Positions 1-8,842 of a stretch of 40,947 nucleotides of DNA are shown piece after piece. The stretch is from the NCBI GenBank assembly GCA_041746575.1, contig JBGTGT010000117.1, forward strand, positions 1 to 40,947, given 5' to 3'. Each line of letters opens with the position of its first letter. The first letter of the stretch is position 1. Origin of the DNA: Microcystaceae cyanobacterium (GTDB taxonomy: Bacteria > Cyanobacteriota > Cyanobacteriia > Cyanobacteriales > Microcystaceae). Below the pieces are notes generated by a model that was given only the letters and a program-made list of their open reading frames with translations, was not told the DNA's origin and did not search any database. Both the position numbers and the translations under genes were made by a program.

Positions 1-32
1 ACGAGGGCAATTATCTCAATTTTTTTGTCCAT
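1..32 (-). CDS. Possible 5' end of a gene running off the left edge (MDKKIEIIAL...)
   Basis: ATG at 32-30 on the minus strand, open to the window edge. Only 10 codons are visible. Confidence 0.3.
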   Translation of the reverse strand, partial: MDKKIEIIAL

Positions 33-69
33 TCTCGTTGGGATTAGGAAAAGAAAAACAAATTCTTGA

Positions 70-130
70 TTGGGGGACTAGCCCCCCAAACCCCCCAGCG
101 GGGGACGGAGTGCCTCCCCCGCACCCCCTG
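70..130. repeat. G/C-run double hairpin element (cyanobacterial intergenic repeat-like)
   Basis: TTGGGGG-ACTAGC-CCCCCAA (70-89) and GCGGGGGA-N9-TCCCCCGC (98-122), set in an AT-rich spacer. Confidence 0.55.
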
Positions 131-196
131 CACAAAAAAAAATTAAATAAAGAATTCTCGTAGATTTTCTGATGGTCGAACTCACGTATTGTTAAG

Positions 197-220
197 CTCC
201 TATCCTCACTGTGATAGGAG
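197..220. terminator. Stem-loop, possible terminator of the pentapeptide gene
   Basis: CTCCTATC-N8-GATAGGAG perfect 8-bp inverted repeat downstream of the minus-strand ORF 377..2122. Confidence 0.4.
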
Positions 221-299
221 TTCTCTGTTGATTCGTTAAGAGAAAGAACGCGAACCTACAGCGTTTTGCGACTTGATGAGGTGAGGTACATGATTGATG

Positions 300-353
300 G
301 TAGGGATGCAAGGTTTGCGCCCAAAAATGTATGATATTAAATCGCAATTTTCT
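300..353 (+). repeat. REP-like dispersed repeat, copy A (GTAG + hairpin + conserved tail)
   Basis: 45/54 ungapped identity, counted by hand, to the reverse complement of 6981..7034. Confidence 0.7.
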
Positions 354-376
354 ATGACATTTTTTAAAACGTCAGG

Positions 377-2122
377 TTATATTGTGTTATTTTCAGTTTG
401 GTTACCCCCAATAATATCCCCTTTACCCGAATGACTTTGATTGATATTCGTTCGATTATCTTCTACACTTTGATTCACCTGAAAGGTACTCGGTTGCGGG
501 GCTAAGGTTTGAATGATTTCTTTGAGATCAGTCCGATAAACGTCTTGATAGGCTTCAAGTTTTGCTTGAGCTTTTGCCGCCTCTAATCGGGCTTGATAAA
601 TTTCATTAAATTGTTGTTCGAGTTTTCCTTTATCTTTATCTTCGGGAACTTCAACGCTCACTAAGACATCTTTATCTTTTTTCTCAATCGTTTGAATTGA
701 ATCATAGGTAATTTCTGGATTTTCCTCAATAATTTTATCAAATGCTTGTCGAAATGCTTGAGGATTCATGCCATTTCTTAAGAATAACTGTAGTGTATTT
801 AAGGCTTTTTGATATAAACGGACAAAATCTCCTGCTTTAAAGGTCGCATCAGGATCATGGGGACGGCGTTCTCGATTTCCTTTTTGGTCAGGCTTTTCTA
901 ATAAGAAAACATAGTCACATTCGACACTTTCTAACTTGGTATTAGGGTCAATATTCCATGCTTCTAAACACGCACCCGTCAAATGAGCATAGCTCAAATT
1001 GGTTTTAATCGCGTTGACTTCAGTTAAATTAGCATCTTTTAAATTGGCATATTGTAAACTCGCTTCGCTTAAATCGGCTTGCTTTAAGTTGGCTTCTTGT
1101 AAGTTCGCACCGTTAAAATTTGCTCCTCTTAAATCTGCTTTGAATAAGTTAATAAAAGAACCCCCACTCGGGTTAATTAATAAGTCTCTGATAGTTGGAT
1201 TGGCTAAGAGGGTTTTTCCGGCTCTAGCAAGGTTTAATTTAACCGTATCCTTAAAGCAAGTACGGGTTAAAATCGCTTGATTAAAATTTGTATTGTTGAG
1301 AATTGCCCCCGTAAAGTCAGTATCGGTAAGGGTTGCCCGATAAAAAGCTGTGCCACCGATCGCCGCAAACGCCACCGCAATCTTGCGTAACCAAGGATCT
1401 CTGAATTCGTCTTTGAGGGTACGATAACCGATAAAACAGGCAAATAAGGCTAGCACTCCCCCAAAGATTGCCGTTTTGAAAATAACTTCAACTAAGATAA
1501 AAGCGACAACAAAGACGACGAATACAGCGATAATTCCAGCCACGGCAAAGGCGATGGTAAAAGTAATCGCAGAAATAACGATAGAGGCTACAGCAACAGC
1601 CAAAGCAACAGTTGCCGCACCGACAACGGTTATGGTGAAGGAATCAGCAGAAGACACAGTAGAAGCGATTACTAAAGTGATTGTCACCGCTAAGGCGACA
1701 GTTGTAGCGATAATAACGGCGGCGGCAATGACTCCCCCCCTCAAGTTTCGATAATAACTAACGAGGGCAAAAGTAATCACAAAAATTAAACTAACCCATC
1801 CAACCCGTTGAGTCTGGCTGTTAGTATCACCCAAAAAAGAGACTAAATGTCCCACAAAAGTTGATAACGAACCAGAAAGAACAATCAACAGTAACGCCAT
1901 CAACAATAACGCAATCATCCATCGCTTTTGTAACCCTGCCTTTGCCCCGCTGAATTTTACCCCTGTCAGGTTGGCTTTCTTAAAGTTTGCCCCTCGGATG
2001 TCACAATAACTGAAATCTGCCCCTGATAAATCTTTCCCTACGAAATTTGCTCCCCGTAAATTTTTCCCTTGGAAGTTGTACTGTCCTTTTTGGTATTGTT
2101 GGAGAACTTCGGATGCTTTCAT
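377..2122 (-). CDS. Pentapeptide-repeat membrane protein (pentapeptide - multi-TM Ala/Val-rich region - pentapeptide - helical domain - N/Q-rich tail)
   Basis: A(D/N)(L/F)xx repeats at the N-terminus and centre, with a long hydrophobic stretch between them. C-terminus is NINQSHSGKGDIIGGNQ. Confidence 0.9.
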   Translation of the reverse strand: MKASEVLQQYQKGQYNFQGKNLRGANFVGKDLSGADFSYCDIRGANFKKANLTGVKFSGAKAGLQKRWMIALLLMALLLIVLSGSLSTFVGHLVSFLGDTNSQTQRVGWVSLIFVITFALVSYYRNLRGGVIAAAVIIATTVALAVTITLVIASTVSSADSFTITVVGAATVALAVAVASIVISAITFTIAFAVAGIIAVFVVFVVAFILVEVIFKTAIFGGVLALFACFIGYRTLKDEFRDPWLRKIAVAFAAIGGTAFYRATLTDTDFTGAILNNTNFNQAILTRTCFKDTVKLNLARAGKTLLANPTIRDLLINPSGGSFINLFKADLRGANFNGANLQEANLKQADLSEASLQYANLKDANLTEVNAIKTNLSYAHLTGACLEAWNIDPNTKLESVECDYVFLLEKPDQKGNRERRPHDPDATFKAGDFVRLYQKALNTLQLFLRNGMNPQAFRQAFDKIIEENPEITYDSIQTIEKKDKDVLVSVEVPEDKDKGKLEQQFNEIYQARLEAAKAQAKLEAYQDVYRTDLKEIIQTLAPQPSTFQVNQSVEDNRTNINQSHSGKGDIIGGNQTENNTI

Positions 2123-2180
2123 CGCTCAATCTTGTCGGCGTAACGGCGGCTGACTCAGTGCCTAGATATCATTATAGTAA

Positions 2181-2393
2181 ACCTATTTTCACGACAAGAC
2201 GTATTATTTCTTAGGAGTCAACGCTCTTCTAATCGGCAATCCATCCGAGTTCAAACTTACATTAGGTGTAAACTTTCAATTAGAAGAATTTAAATCGGAA
2301 ACTCAGGATGAGAATTTGCGAGAAAATAGGCAAAAGTTTGCGGCAAGATTAATTATTATGAGTCGTTCTTTAGATCAGGATGAATCCCCCTAA
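2181..2393 (+). pseudogene. Start-less 70-codon open frame, possible 3' gene remnant
   Basis: Stop-to-stop frame TYFHDKTYYFLGVNALLIGNPSEFKL...DQDESP*. No ATG until the last 11 codons. Family not recognised. Confidence 0.25.
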
Positions 2394-2400
2394 CTCGTCA

Positions 2401-3384
2401 TCAATTCAAACACAGAAAAAATAAAAAAGAAATGATACTCAAAAGACTCAGCCACACTAAACAAACCATACGGGTTAAATTGAGTGCCTGATTGATAATG
2501 TCAGGTGTAATCGAACGTAGTGAGTCGCCTAAAAGGGGTTTCGCTTTAACCACCCCTTGATAAGTATTTTCCCCCCCTAATTGTACACCTAAAATAGCGG
2601 CATAAACGCTTTCACTCCAGCCAGAATTGGGACTGGGATCTTGCGCCGCATCCCGATAACATAGGGCTAAAATTTGCCGAAGTTTCCCCGATAATAGGGC
2701 AAGAGTAATCACGGTTAACCGACAAGGAAGCCACGTTAATCTATCTTCTAATTGTGCGCTAAACCAACCAATTTCGGTGTAAGGTTCTCGTCGATAACCC
2801 ACCATTGAGTCTAATGTACTAGCGGCTTTATAACCTAACGCCAGTGGCACACTTCCCATCGGCAAAAAGAGTCCAAAGATAGCATAAAAGAGGGGAGCCG
2901 TCACCCCATCGACCGCATTTTCTGCGATCGTTTCCAATAAAGCCCGTTGAATTTCTGCGGCTGAAAGATGAGCAGTATCCCGTCCAACATATTGACTGAG
3001 TTTGCCTCTAGCAAGGTCAATATTTTCTGCCGTTAAAGGTAAGATAACGGTTTGTGCGGCTAATCGTAAACCCTTCCCAGCAAAACAACTAGCCAAGAGA
3101 ATTATTTCTAATAATAACCCCAATAAAGGATCAAGGCGAGAGGCAAGGTTAATGATCAACCAACCGATAATTCCACTTCCAATAATTATTGTTAAGCCAA
3201 GGAGAATTCCCCCTAGACGACGCGGCCATTTATGAGGACAATAAGTTAAGATCCATTGCGTTAGGTGAGTGATGCCCCAACCCATCACCTGCACAGGATG
3301 AATCCAATGCCGAGGGTCAGCGATCAAATAATCCAGTAAAGCCGCCCCCAAAAGCGCAATGATGCCTCGATTAAAGTTTATCAT
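2401..3384 (-). CDS. cbiB: Adenosylcobinamide-phosphate synthase CbiB/CobD
   Basis: LDYLIADP..HPV, VGRDT, AENAVDGVTAPLFY, YKAASTLDSMVGY and SPNSGWSE motifs. Confidence 0.95.
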   Translation of the reverse strand: MINFNRGIIALLGAALLDYLIADPRHWIHPVQVMGWGITHLTQWILTYCPHKWPRRLGGILLGLTIIIGSGIIGWLIINLASRLDPLLGLLLEIILLASCFAGKGLRLAAQTVILPLTAENIDLARGKLSQYVGRDTAHLSAAEIQRALLETIAENAVDGVTAPLFYAIFGLFLPMGSVPLALGYKAASTLDSMVGYRREPYTEIGWFSAQLEDRLTWLPCRLTVITLALLSGKLRQILALCYRDAAQDPSPNSGWSESVYAAILGVQLGGENTYQGVVKAKPLLGDSLRSITPDIINQALNLTRMVCLVWLSLLSIISFLFFLCLN

Positions 3385-3387
3385 TAT

Positions 3388-3783
3388 CTAAGTGTCTTCA
3401 ACAATTTGAGTCACATTTTTTTCCCAGTTTTCTCCATCAAAGAGGATCACTTTAAGCTGAGAAAGGAGATTTTGATCGAGACAGCGCACATTGACATCTA
3501 TATGATTTGGGTGGGAGCGAGGACGATAGAAGGGATGAATCCCACAAATTTGACAAAAATAATGGGTAGCAGTTTGGGTATTAAAACGATAGGTTGTCAA
3601 AACATCTTCTCCTTGTAATAAGGTGAATTGTTCTGGGGGAACAATGAGATGCAAGAACCCTTTTTTGCGACAGATAGAACAATTACAGTCAATGACTTCC
3701 TCTGTAGAGATCACCACCTGAAAACGCACTGCGCCGCAGTGACAACCCCCTTGATATAGGGTAGGGTTCGGGGAATTTTCCAT
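3388..3783 (-). CDS. GFA/CENP-V family Zn-binding protein
   Basis: GGCHCGAVRF, CNCSICRK and FCQICGIHPF motifs. Start moved to ATG 3783 (MENSPN) to avoid overlapping Rrf2. Confidence 0.9.
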   Translation of the reverse strand: MENSPNPTLYQGGCHCGAVRFQVVISTEEVIDCNCSICRKKGFLHLIVPPEQFTLLQGEDVLTTYRFNTQTATHYFCQICGIHPFYRPRSHPNHIDVNVRCLDQNLLSQLKVILFDGENWEKNVTQIVEDT

Positions 3784-3797
3784 AAAAAATTGCTCCC

Positions 3798-4241
3798 TTA
3801 AACAATAAAACTGGCTTTTTCTCCCAAGGAAGCTTGCCAACTTCTAGCATCATAATAAAGATCTGCTAAAGTAATCTGATAGAGCGCATCTTTCAACTTA
3901 TCATGAAGCCGCTTCCAGACACTAAAGGTCACCCAATCTTCGGGGAGATCCGCATCAGGTTGATGATGAGGAAGAGGTTGGATCGTTTCACCGACTGATT
4001 CTAAGATTTGTCCTAAGGAAATGCAACGAGGAGGGGATGCCAATTGATAGCCCCCTTGAACCCCGCGCAGAGAATTTACTAAACCCGCACGACGCATTTC
4101 TATCAGTAGTTTTTCGAGATAAGGGGCGGGAATTTCTTGTCGAGTTGCGATCGCTTTTACCGATGCCGGCCCATAGTTCGGTTGTAAACTAAGATCAAGC
4201 AATGCTTTAACACTATAATGACTGCGAGTTGTTAACTTCAT
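3798..4241 (-). CDS. Rrf2-family transcriptional regulator lacking Fe-S cysteines (Slr0846-like)
   Basis: MKLTTRSHYSVKALLDL, YLEKLL and SLRGVQGGYQL motifs. The three conserved Cys are absent. Divergent from cyAbrB2. Confidence 0.9.
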   Translation of the reverse strand: MKLTTRSHYSVKALLDLSLQPNYGPASVKAIATRQEIPAPYLEKLLIEMRRAGLVNSLRGVQGGYQLASPPRCISLGQILESVGETIQPLPHHQPDADLPEDWVTFSVWKRLHDKLKDALYQITLADLYYDARSWQASLGEKASFIV

Positions 4242-4450
4242 GGGTGAATTGATTAACGAGAATCTTCAGGCTTGAGATCGATCATAAATGAATTATTATT
4301 GATTGGGATCTAAAGTTGAAATTTTTTTCCTTTTTGTGTGTAAGATAAAGAAAGAGACCAATGCTAACCAAAATATTTTTCCTCTTGTGAATTATTTTTG
4401 CAGTTTTGTATCTCTATCGTTCATTGATTGTTAAGTTATTACCTAAATAA

Positions 4451-4837
4451 ATGGCTACTACAGAACAACCCAAACCCCTAACGGGTGAAGCGTTAATCGA
4501 GAAAGTTAAATTGCTGGGAAACTTGCCCAAAGAAGAAAAAGCCAGAGCTTGTGGTTACTATACTTTAACCAAAAATGGTGTCGAACGCGTGAACATGATG
4601 AAGTTTCTTAATGCACTGATTGATGCTGAAGGAATCGACTTAGATAGTTCAGCAAATGGCCAAGGTAGAGGCGGACGCTCGGCGAGTTATCGTATTAGTG
4701 TTCAATCTAATGGCAATCTGTTAATTGGTTCTGCTTATACTTCTAAAATGGGTTTACAACCGGGTGATGAATTTGAAATCACCTTAGGACGAAAACATAT
4801 TCATCTCAAACAAATTACAGAAGAAGATGAAGAGTAA
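4451..4837 (+). CDS. cyabrB2: Cyanobacterial AbrB-like regulator, clade B (Sll0822/cyAbrB2-like)
   Basis: PLTGEAL..KARACGYY and YRISVQSNGNLLIGSAYT..GDEFEITLGRKHIHL; 128 aa. Confidence 0.88.
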   Translation: MATTEQPKPLTGEALIEKVKLLGNLPKEEKARACGYYTLTKNGVERVNMMKFLNALIDAEGIDLDSSANGQGRGGRSASYRISVQSNGNLLIGSAYTSKMGLQPGDEFEITLGRKHIHLKQITEEDEE

Positions 4838-4937
4838 TTCAACTGCTGACCATCAACCGCCGATAAAACAAGGGCAACGTTTAGCGAGTAACTAAACAAA
4901 GCCCCTGAATTCCTATCAATTTAGACAACATGAATGG

Positions 4938-4976
4938 AGAAGCAACTATTCTGGCTGAGGATAGTGGCTTCTTTTT
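4938..4976 (+). terminator. Rho-independent terminator downstream of cyabrB2
   Basis: AGAAGCAACTATTCT-GGCTG-AGGATAGTGGCTTCT hairpin followed by a T-run. Confidence 0.65.
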
Positions 4977-5126
4977 AATTTTATAATCTTTTTGAATAAT
5001 CGGTGAGATCGTTTATAAATGGATCAAGCTTAACCCGACGCTATCCTTGAGTTGTTCCTTGTCTGACAGGCTTAGGGACGGGATGAGATGACCTGTCCGA
5101 CTTCATTCTTCTGAACGTTTGCTGAT

Positions 5127-6035
5127 ATGTCCGACTTTCATTATCATCATCATGACCATACCCCCAATTTTAACCGCGCTTTTGCCCTTGGAACAGCCCT
5201 TAATATTGGTTTTGTAGTGATTGAGGCAACCTTTGGTTTTTTAAGCCATTCTTTAGCGTTATTAGCGGATGCCGGCCATAATCTGAGTGATGTGTTGGGA
5301 TTGTTATTAGCGTGGGGGGCTACTTGGTTAGTGCGTCGTCGTCCTACTCCCCGCTATACTTACGGTTGGCGGCGTTCTTCTATCTTTGCGGCACTGATAA
5401 ATTCCCTCATTCTTTTTCTCGCCCTCAGCCTAATTGCCCTCGAAGCCATACAACGCTTTCAACATCCAGTTGCTATTCCGAGTCAAACCCTGATTTGGGT
5501 AGCCTTAGTCGGTGTCATCATTAACGGCGTGACGGCATGGATGTTTATGAAAGGCAGTTCCCACGATTTGAATATTAAAGGGGCGTTTTTGCACATGGCA
5601 GCCGATGCCTTAATCTCCCTAGGGGTAGTCCTCGCAGGGGTAGTCATTTATTTTACACAATGGTTATGGGTTGATTCCTCAATGAGTTTGCTGATTGTGG
5701 CGGTGATTGCCGTAGGAACGTGGAATTTACTGCAAGAATCGGTTAATTTGGCTTTAGATGGTGTTCCTGTCACGATTAATCCCCAAGCCGTTCGCTTATA
5801 TCTCGAAGAACTGCCGGGAGTCGTAGCCGTTCATGATTTACATATTTGGGCAATGAGTACCACCGAACCCATTTTAACAGTTCACCTCGTCATGCCCGTC
5901 CAGAAGACAGGGGATGGACTTTTAGCCAGAGTTCAACAGGAATTACATCAAAATTTTGGCATCGAACATACAACCATTCAAGTCGAAACAGGTAATTCTT
6001 TGTTACCTTGTTCTCAATCGTCTTGTTGTGATTAA
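5127..6035 (+). CDS. czcD: Cation diffusion facilitator (CzcD/ZitB-like Zn/Co/Cd exporter)
   Basis: His-rich N-terminus, SLALLADAGHNLSD, AFLHMAAD, VHDLHIW and HTTIQVE. Confidence 0.9.
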   Translation: MSDFHYHHHDHTPNFNRAFALGTALNIGFVVIEATFGFLSHSLALLADAGHNLSDVLGLLLAWGATWLVRRRPTPRYTYGWRRSSIFAALINSLILFLALSLIALEAIQRFQHPVAIPSQTLIWVALVGVIINGVTAWMFMKGSSHDLNIKGAFLHMAADALISLGVVLAGVVIYFTQWLWVDSSMSLLIVAVIAVGTWNLLQESVNLALDGVPVTINPQAVRLYLEELPGVVAVHDLHIWAMSTTEPILTVHLVMPVQKTGDGLLARVQQELHQNFGIEHTTIQVETGNSLLPCSQSSCCD

Positions 6036-6119
6036 TAAAAAACAAAAGGATTTACTCAAGTTCTTTTAAACGGCTTAATTTTATTAAAAAGAGTATTCTT
6101 TATTATTCATTGAGATAGT

Positions 6120-6962
6120 ATGAATTTAGAAAATAACCTGAGATCAAAAATTATTGCGCAATGTCAATATGCGCTACAGACGGGAGCGTTACAAACGATT
6201 GAAACGAATTATGAATTGATTGAAGATCAGGGAATGCAATTTTTAGTACGAATTTTGACTAACTTAAGCCGAAAAGAAACTGCTCAGCCCAAAAAACCGC
6301 AAGGCGTTAATCCTTTTTTGCCTTACGAACCCGATTTATTTGTCAGTTATTTATCTGATACTCATCTTTGTTTATTGAACAAATATAATGTTGTTAATCA
6401 TCATATTTTAATTGTTACACGTCACTATGAAGAGCAAGAAAATGGGTTAAATTCAGCAGATTTTGAAGCGTTAGCCTTGACGTTAAAACAGATTAACGGT
6501 CTCGGATTTTATAACGGTGGAACGTTGGCAGGGGCGAGTCAAAAACACAAACATTTGCAGGTTGCCCCTTTTCCATTAATGCCGAATAATATGCCTTTGC
6601 CCCTTGAATCTGCCCTTAAACAAGCCCAATTTAAAGATGAGATTGGCAGAATTCCCCTTTACCCATTTCCCCATGCTATTGGTTTATTGAATCCCTCAAT
6701 GAGTGCTGAAGATTGGCTAAAAAGCTATTATATTTTACTCCAAAAAATTGGTTTAAACGTAGAAGGACTAAAGCAAACGGGCGCGTATAATCTATTAATC
6801 ACTCAAGATTGGATGATGGTGGTAAAGCGATCGCATGAACATTTTCAAGGGATCCCTGTTAATGCGTTGGGTTTTGCCGGAACTTTGCTGGTTAAAAATC
6901 AAGCCCAATTATTATTACTTAAACGCATAACTCCTCTTCAACTTTTGCAAAAAGTTTGCTAA
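6120..6962 (+). CDS. ATP adenylyltransferase / Ap4A phosphorylase II family
   Basis: NPFLPYE, LNKYNVV..HIL and FYNGG..AGASQKHKHLQ (HxHxQ) motifs. Confidence 0.88.
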   Translation: MNLENNLRSKIIAQCQYALQTGALQTIETNYELIEDQGMQFLVRILTNLSRKETAQPKKPQGVNPFLPYEPDLFVSYLSDTHLCLLNKYNVVNHHILIVTRHYEEQENGLNSADFEALALTLKQINGLGFYNGGTLAGASQKHKHLQVAPFPLMPNNMPLPLESALKQAQFKDEIGRIPLYPFPHAIGLLNPSMSAEDWLKSYYILLQKIGLNVEGLKQTGAYNLLITQDWMMVVKRSHEHFQGIPVNALGFAGTLLVKNQAQLLLLKRITPLQLLQKVC

Positions 6963-6980
6963 AGATATAGCTAAATTACG

Positions 6981-7034
6981 AGCAAATGGCGAGTTAATAT
7001 CATACACTTTTGGGTGCCAACCGTGCACCCCTAT
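6981..7034 (-). repeat. REP-like dispersed repeat, copy B
   Basis: Reverse complement matches 300..353 at 45/54. Contains the hairpin GGGTGC-N7-GCACCC. Confidence 0.7.
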
Positions 7035-7066
7035 AATAATAGGCGTTTTGAGAATACCATTACCCA

Positions 7067-7105
7067 AAGACCATCCCCTCTTGTATGGTTGAGAGAAATG
7101 GTCTT
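7067..7105 (-). terminator. Terminator hairpin after pstS
   Basis: AAGACCAT...ATGGTCTT inverted repeat. The stem extends via G-U pairs on the minus strand. Confidence 0.55.
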
Positions 7106-7128
7106 GAGGAAGGCTATTAAAATCAAAG

Positions 7129-8145
7129 TTAACTAATCGTATTAATCGCCGTTTTGACTTTACTAATCACATTACTGGGTAACTGAATGTACCCCAAGGA
7201 AGGCGCAATACTTTGTCCTTTATCCAAGCACCATGTTAAGGTCTGTTTTAAGGCTTTTGCTTTTGCGGGATCATCATACTTTTTGTAAGCTAAAATCCAA
7301 GTATAAGTGACAATGGGATAAGAATTTGCTCCGGTCGGCTCGGTGATAAAGGCGCGTAAATTAGCAGGAAGGGTAACCTGAGAAAGAGTAGCAGAAGAAT
7401 TTTGTGGGGTTGGTGCTACAAACTTACCGGCCTTATTTTGCAAGTCTGCTGTAGCTAAATTATTATTCTTAGCGTAGCCATATTCAACATAACCAATTGC
7501 CCCTTTCGTTTGCTGAATTTGTGCGGTTACCCCTTCGTTCCCTTTGGCCCCAATTCCAGTCGGCCACTGTACCGTTTTTCCGTCGCCGACTTTGCTTTTC
7601 CATTCGGGACTCATGGCACTTAAGCACTTAGTAAATACCCCCGTTGTGCCACTGCCGTCGGAACGATGAACAATCTGAATTTTTTGATTCGGTCCACCGA
7701 TTTTGTTCCAATTATTAATCTTACCTAAAAACACATCAACCAGTTGTTGACGGCTCAATTTTAACTTAACACCGGGCATATTATAAGCCATTACAATACT
7801 TCCGGCAGTCATGGGAAGCATAACAACATTTCCCCCCATTTTCGCTAATTCTTCATCGGTCATTGCCACATCACTTGCGCCAAAATCAACCGTTTTTTGC
7901 ATAAATTGCTGAACACCAGAACCACTACCGACGGATTGATAATTCACTTGGACATCGGAGTTTGCTTTATTATAATCTACAAACCAACGGGTATAAAGAG
8001 GTGCCGGAAAACTGGCCCCTGCCCCATTCAATCTAACGGCCGCAGACGCCGGCTGAATCGGTAATTGACCGGCTAATAAGCTACCCGAAAAACCTGCCGT
8101 CGCCCAAAGAAAATCCCGACGGCTAATCGAAAATTGATTTGTCAT
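7129..8145 (-). CDS. pstS: Phosphate ABC transporter substrate-binding protein PstS with a Tat-type signal peptide
   Basis: GAGASFPAPLY, YQSVGSGSG, DFGASD, HRSDGSGTT and YPIVTYTW. Likely start ATG 8145 (MTNQFSISRRDFL). Confidence 0.95.
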   Translation of the reverse strand: MTNQFSISRRDFLWATAGFSGSLLAGQLPIQPASAAVRLNGAGASFPAPLYTRWFVDYNKANSDVQVNYQSVGSGSGVQQFMQKTVDFGASDVAMTDEELAKMGGNVVMLPMTAGSIVMAYNMPGVKLKLSRQQLVDVFLGKINNWNKIGGPNQKIQIVHRSDGSGTTGVFTKCLSAMSPEWKSKVGDGKTVQWPTGIGAKGNEGVTAQIQQTKGAIGYVEYGYAKNNNLATADLQNKAGKFVAPTPQNSSATLSQVTLPANLRAFITEPTGANSYPIVTYTWILAYKKYDDPAKAKALKQTLTWCLDKGQSIAPSLGYIQLPSNVISKVKTAINTIS

Positions 8146-8264
8146 AATTGATTGTTTTCCCATACGAATGAATGTTGAATAAAGAAAAGAACTCATTGGT
8201 CTCTTCTAAAGTGCTATTTTATCTTGATTTTGCTTTATTTTGGGTTAAAAACTCTTTTAATTTT

Positions 8265-8328
8265 CTTAACCAATTCTTAGTATTTTGTTTGGGTTTACCT
8301 TATTGTTTCCTTAACCTTTTTTTAATTT
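8265..8328 (+). promoter_or_regulatory. Putative Pho-box (SphR) half-sites between pstS and arsR
   Basis: CTTAACCA (8265) and CTTAGTAT (8276); CTTATTGT (8299), CTTAACCT (8310) and TTTAATTT (8321). Spacing is 11 bp within each group. Confidence 0.5.
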
Positions 8329-8396
8329 TGATGTTCCTATCTTCTATGAACTGTGGTATAAAAAGAAAAGATGGATCCACTCAACAAAAAGAATCA

Positions 8397-8726
8397 ATGT
8401 CAGTTGCCAACCCGACGAAAAGAGATATCATTCAGGCAGGATTTCAGGCTTTGTCCGATACTTTACGCCTTCAAATCATTGAATTGTTGCAAAGCCAAGA
8501 ATTATGCGTCTGTGAATTATGTGAGAAGCTAGACGTAAAGCAGTCTAAGTTATCATTCCATCTTAAAATTTTGCGGGATGCTGAATTATTGTGCGCTCGG
8601 CAGGAAGGACGTTGGGTTTATTATCAGTTGAATTTAGCCAAATTTGTGATTCTTGAACAGTATTTAGCAGAATACCGCCGTTTCAGTCCGATTCTTCCCT
8701 CTCGTAACTGTTGTGATGCGTCTTAA
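8397..8726 (+). CDS. arsR: ArsR/SmtB-family regulator
   Basis: FQALSDTLRLQII, ELCVCEL metal site and SKLSFHLKILRDAEL..RQEGRWVYY. Start moved to ATG 8397. Confidence 0.88.
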   Translation: MSVANPTKRDIIQAGFQALSDTLRLQIIELLQSQELCVCELCEKLDVKQSKLSFHLKILRDAELLCARQEGRWVYYQLNLAKFVILEQYLAEYRRFSPILPSRNCCDAS

Positions 8727-8842
8727 TCCCTCCTCAGCGGCAGGGAAATTTTCCTCAAAAACGGTTCTAGCGTAACCCTTTTCTCAGAATTAATTTAGTA
8801 TTAATAAAAATTTAAAATGGATGTGATTAAGGAAGTCAACCC

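Noticed and set aside
999..1754. Plus-strand ORFs 999..1280 and 1476..1754
   Set aside because: Antisense shadows of the repetitive pentapeptide/TM gene.
3784..3840. N-terminal extension of the GFA ORF
   Set aside because: It overlaps the Rrf2 gene, and ATG 3783 gives a normal-length protein.
5105..5130. SmtB/ZiaR-type operator before czcD (TGAA-N6-CTGA)
   Set aside because: The second half-site is poor and there is no convincing 12-2-12 palindrome.
8172..8396. 75-aa hydrophobic N-terminal extension of ArsR, suggesting a membrane-bound ArsR
   Set aside because: It is the T-rich divergent promoter region read in frame. ArsR homology starts near ATG 8397.
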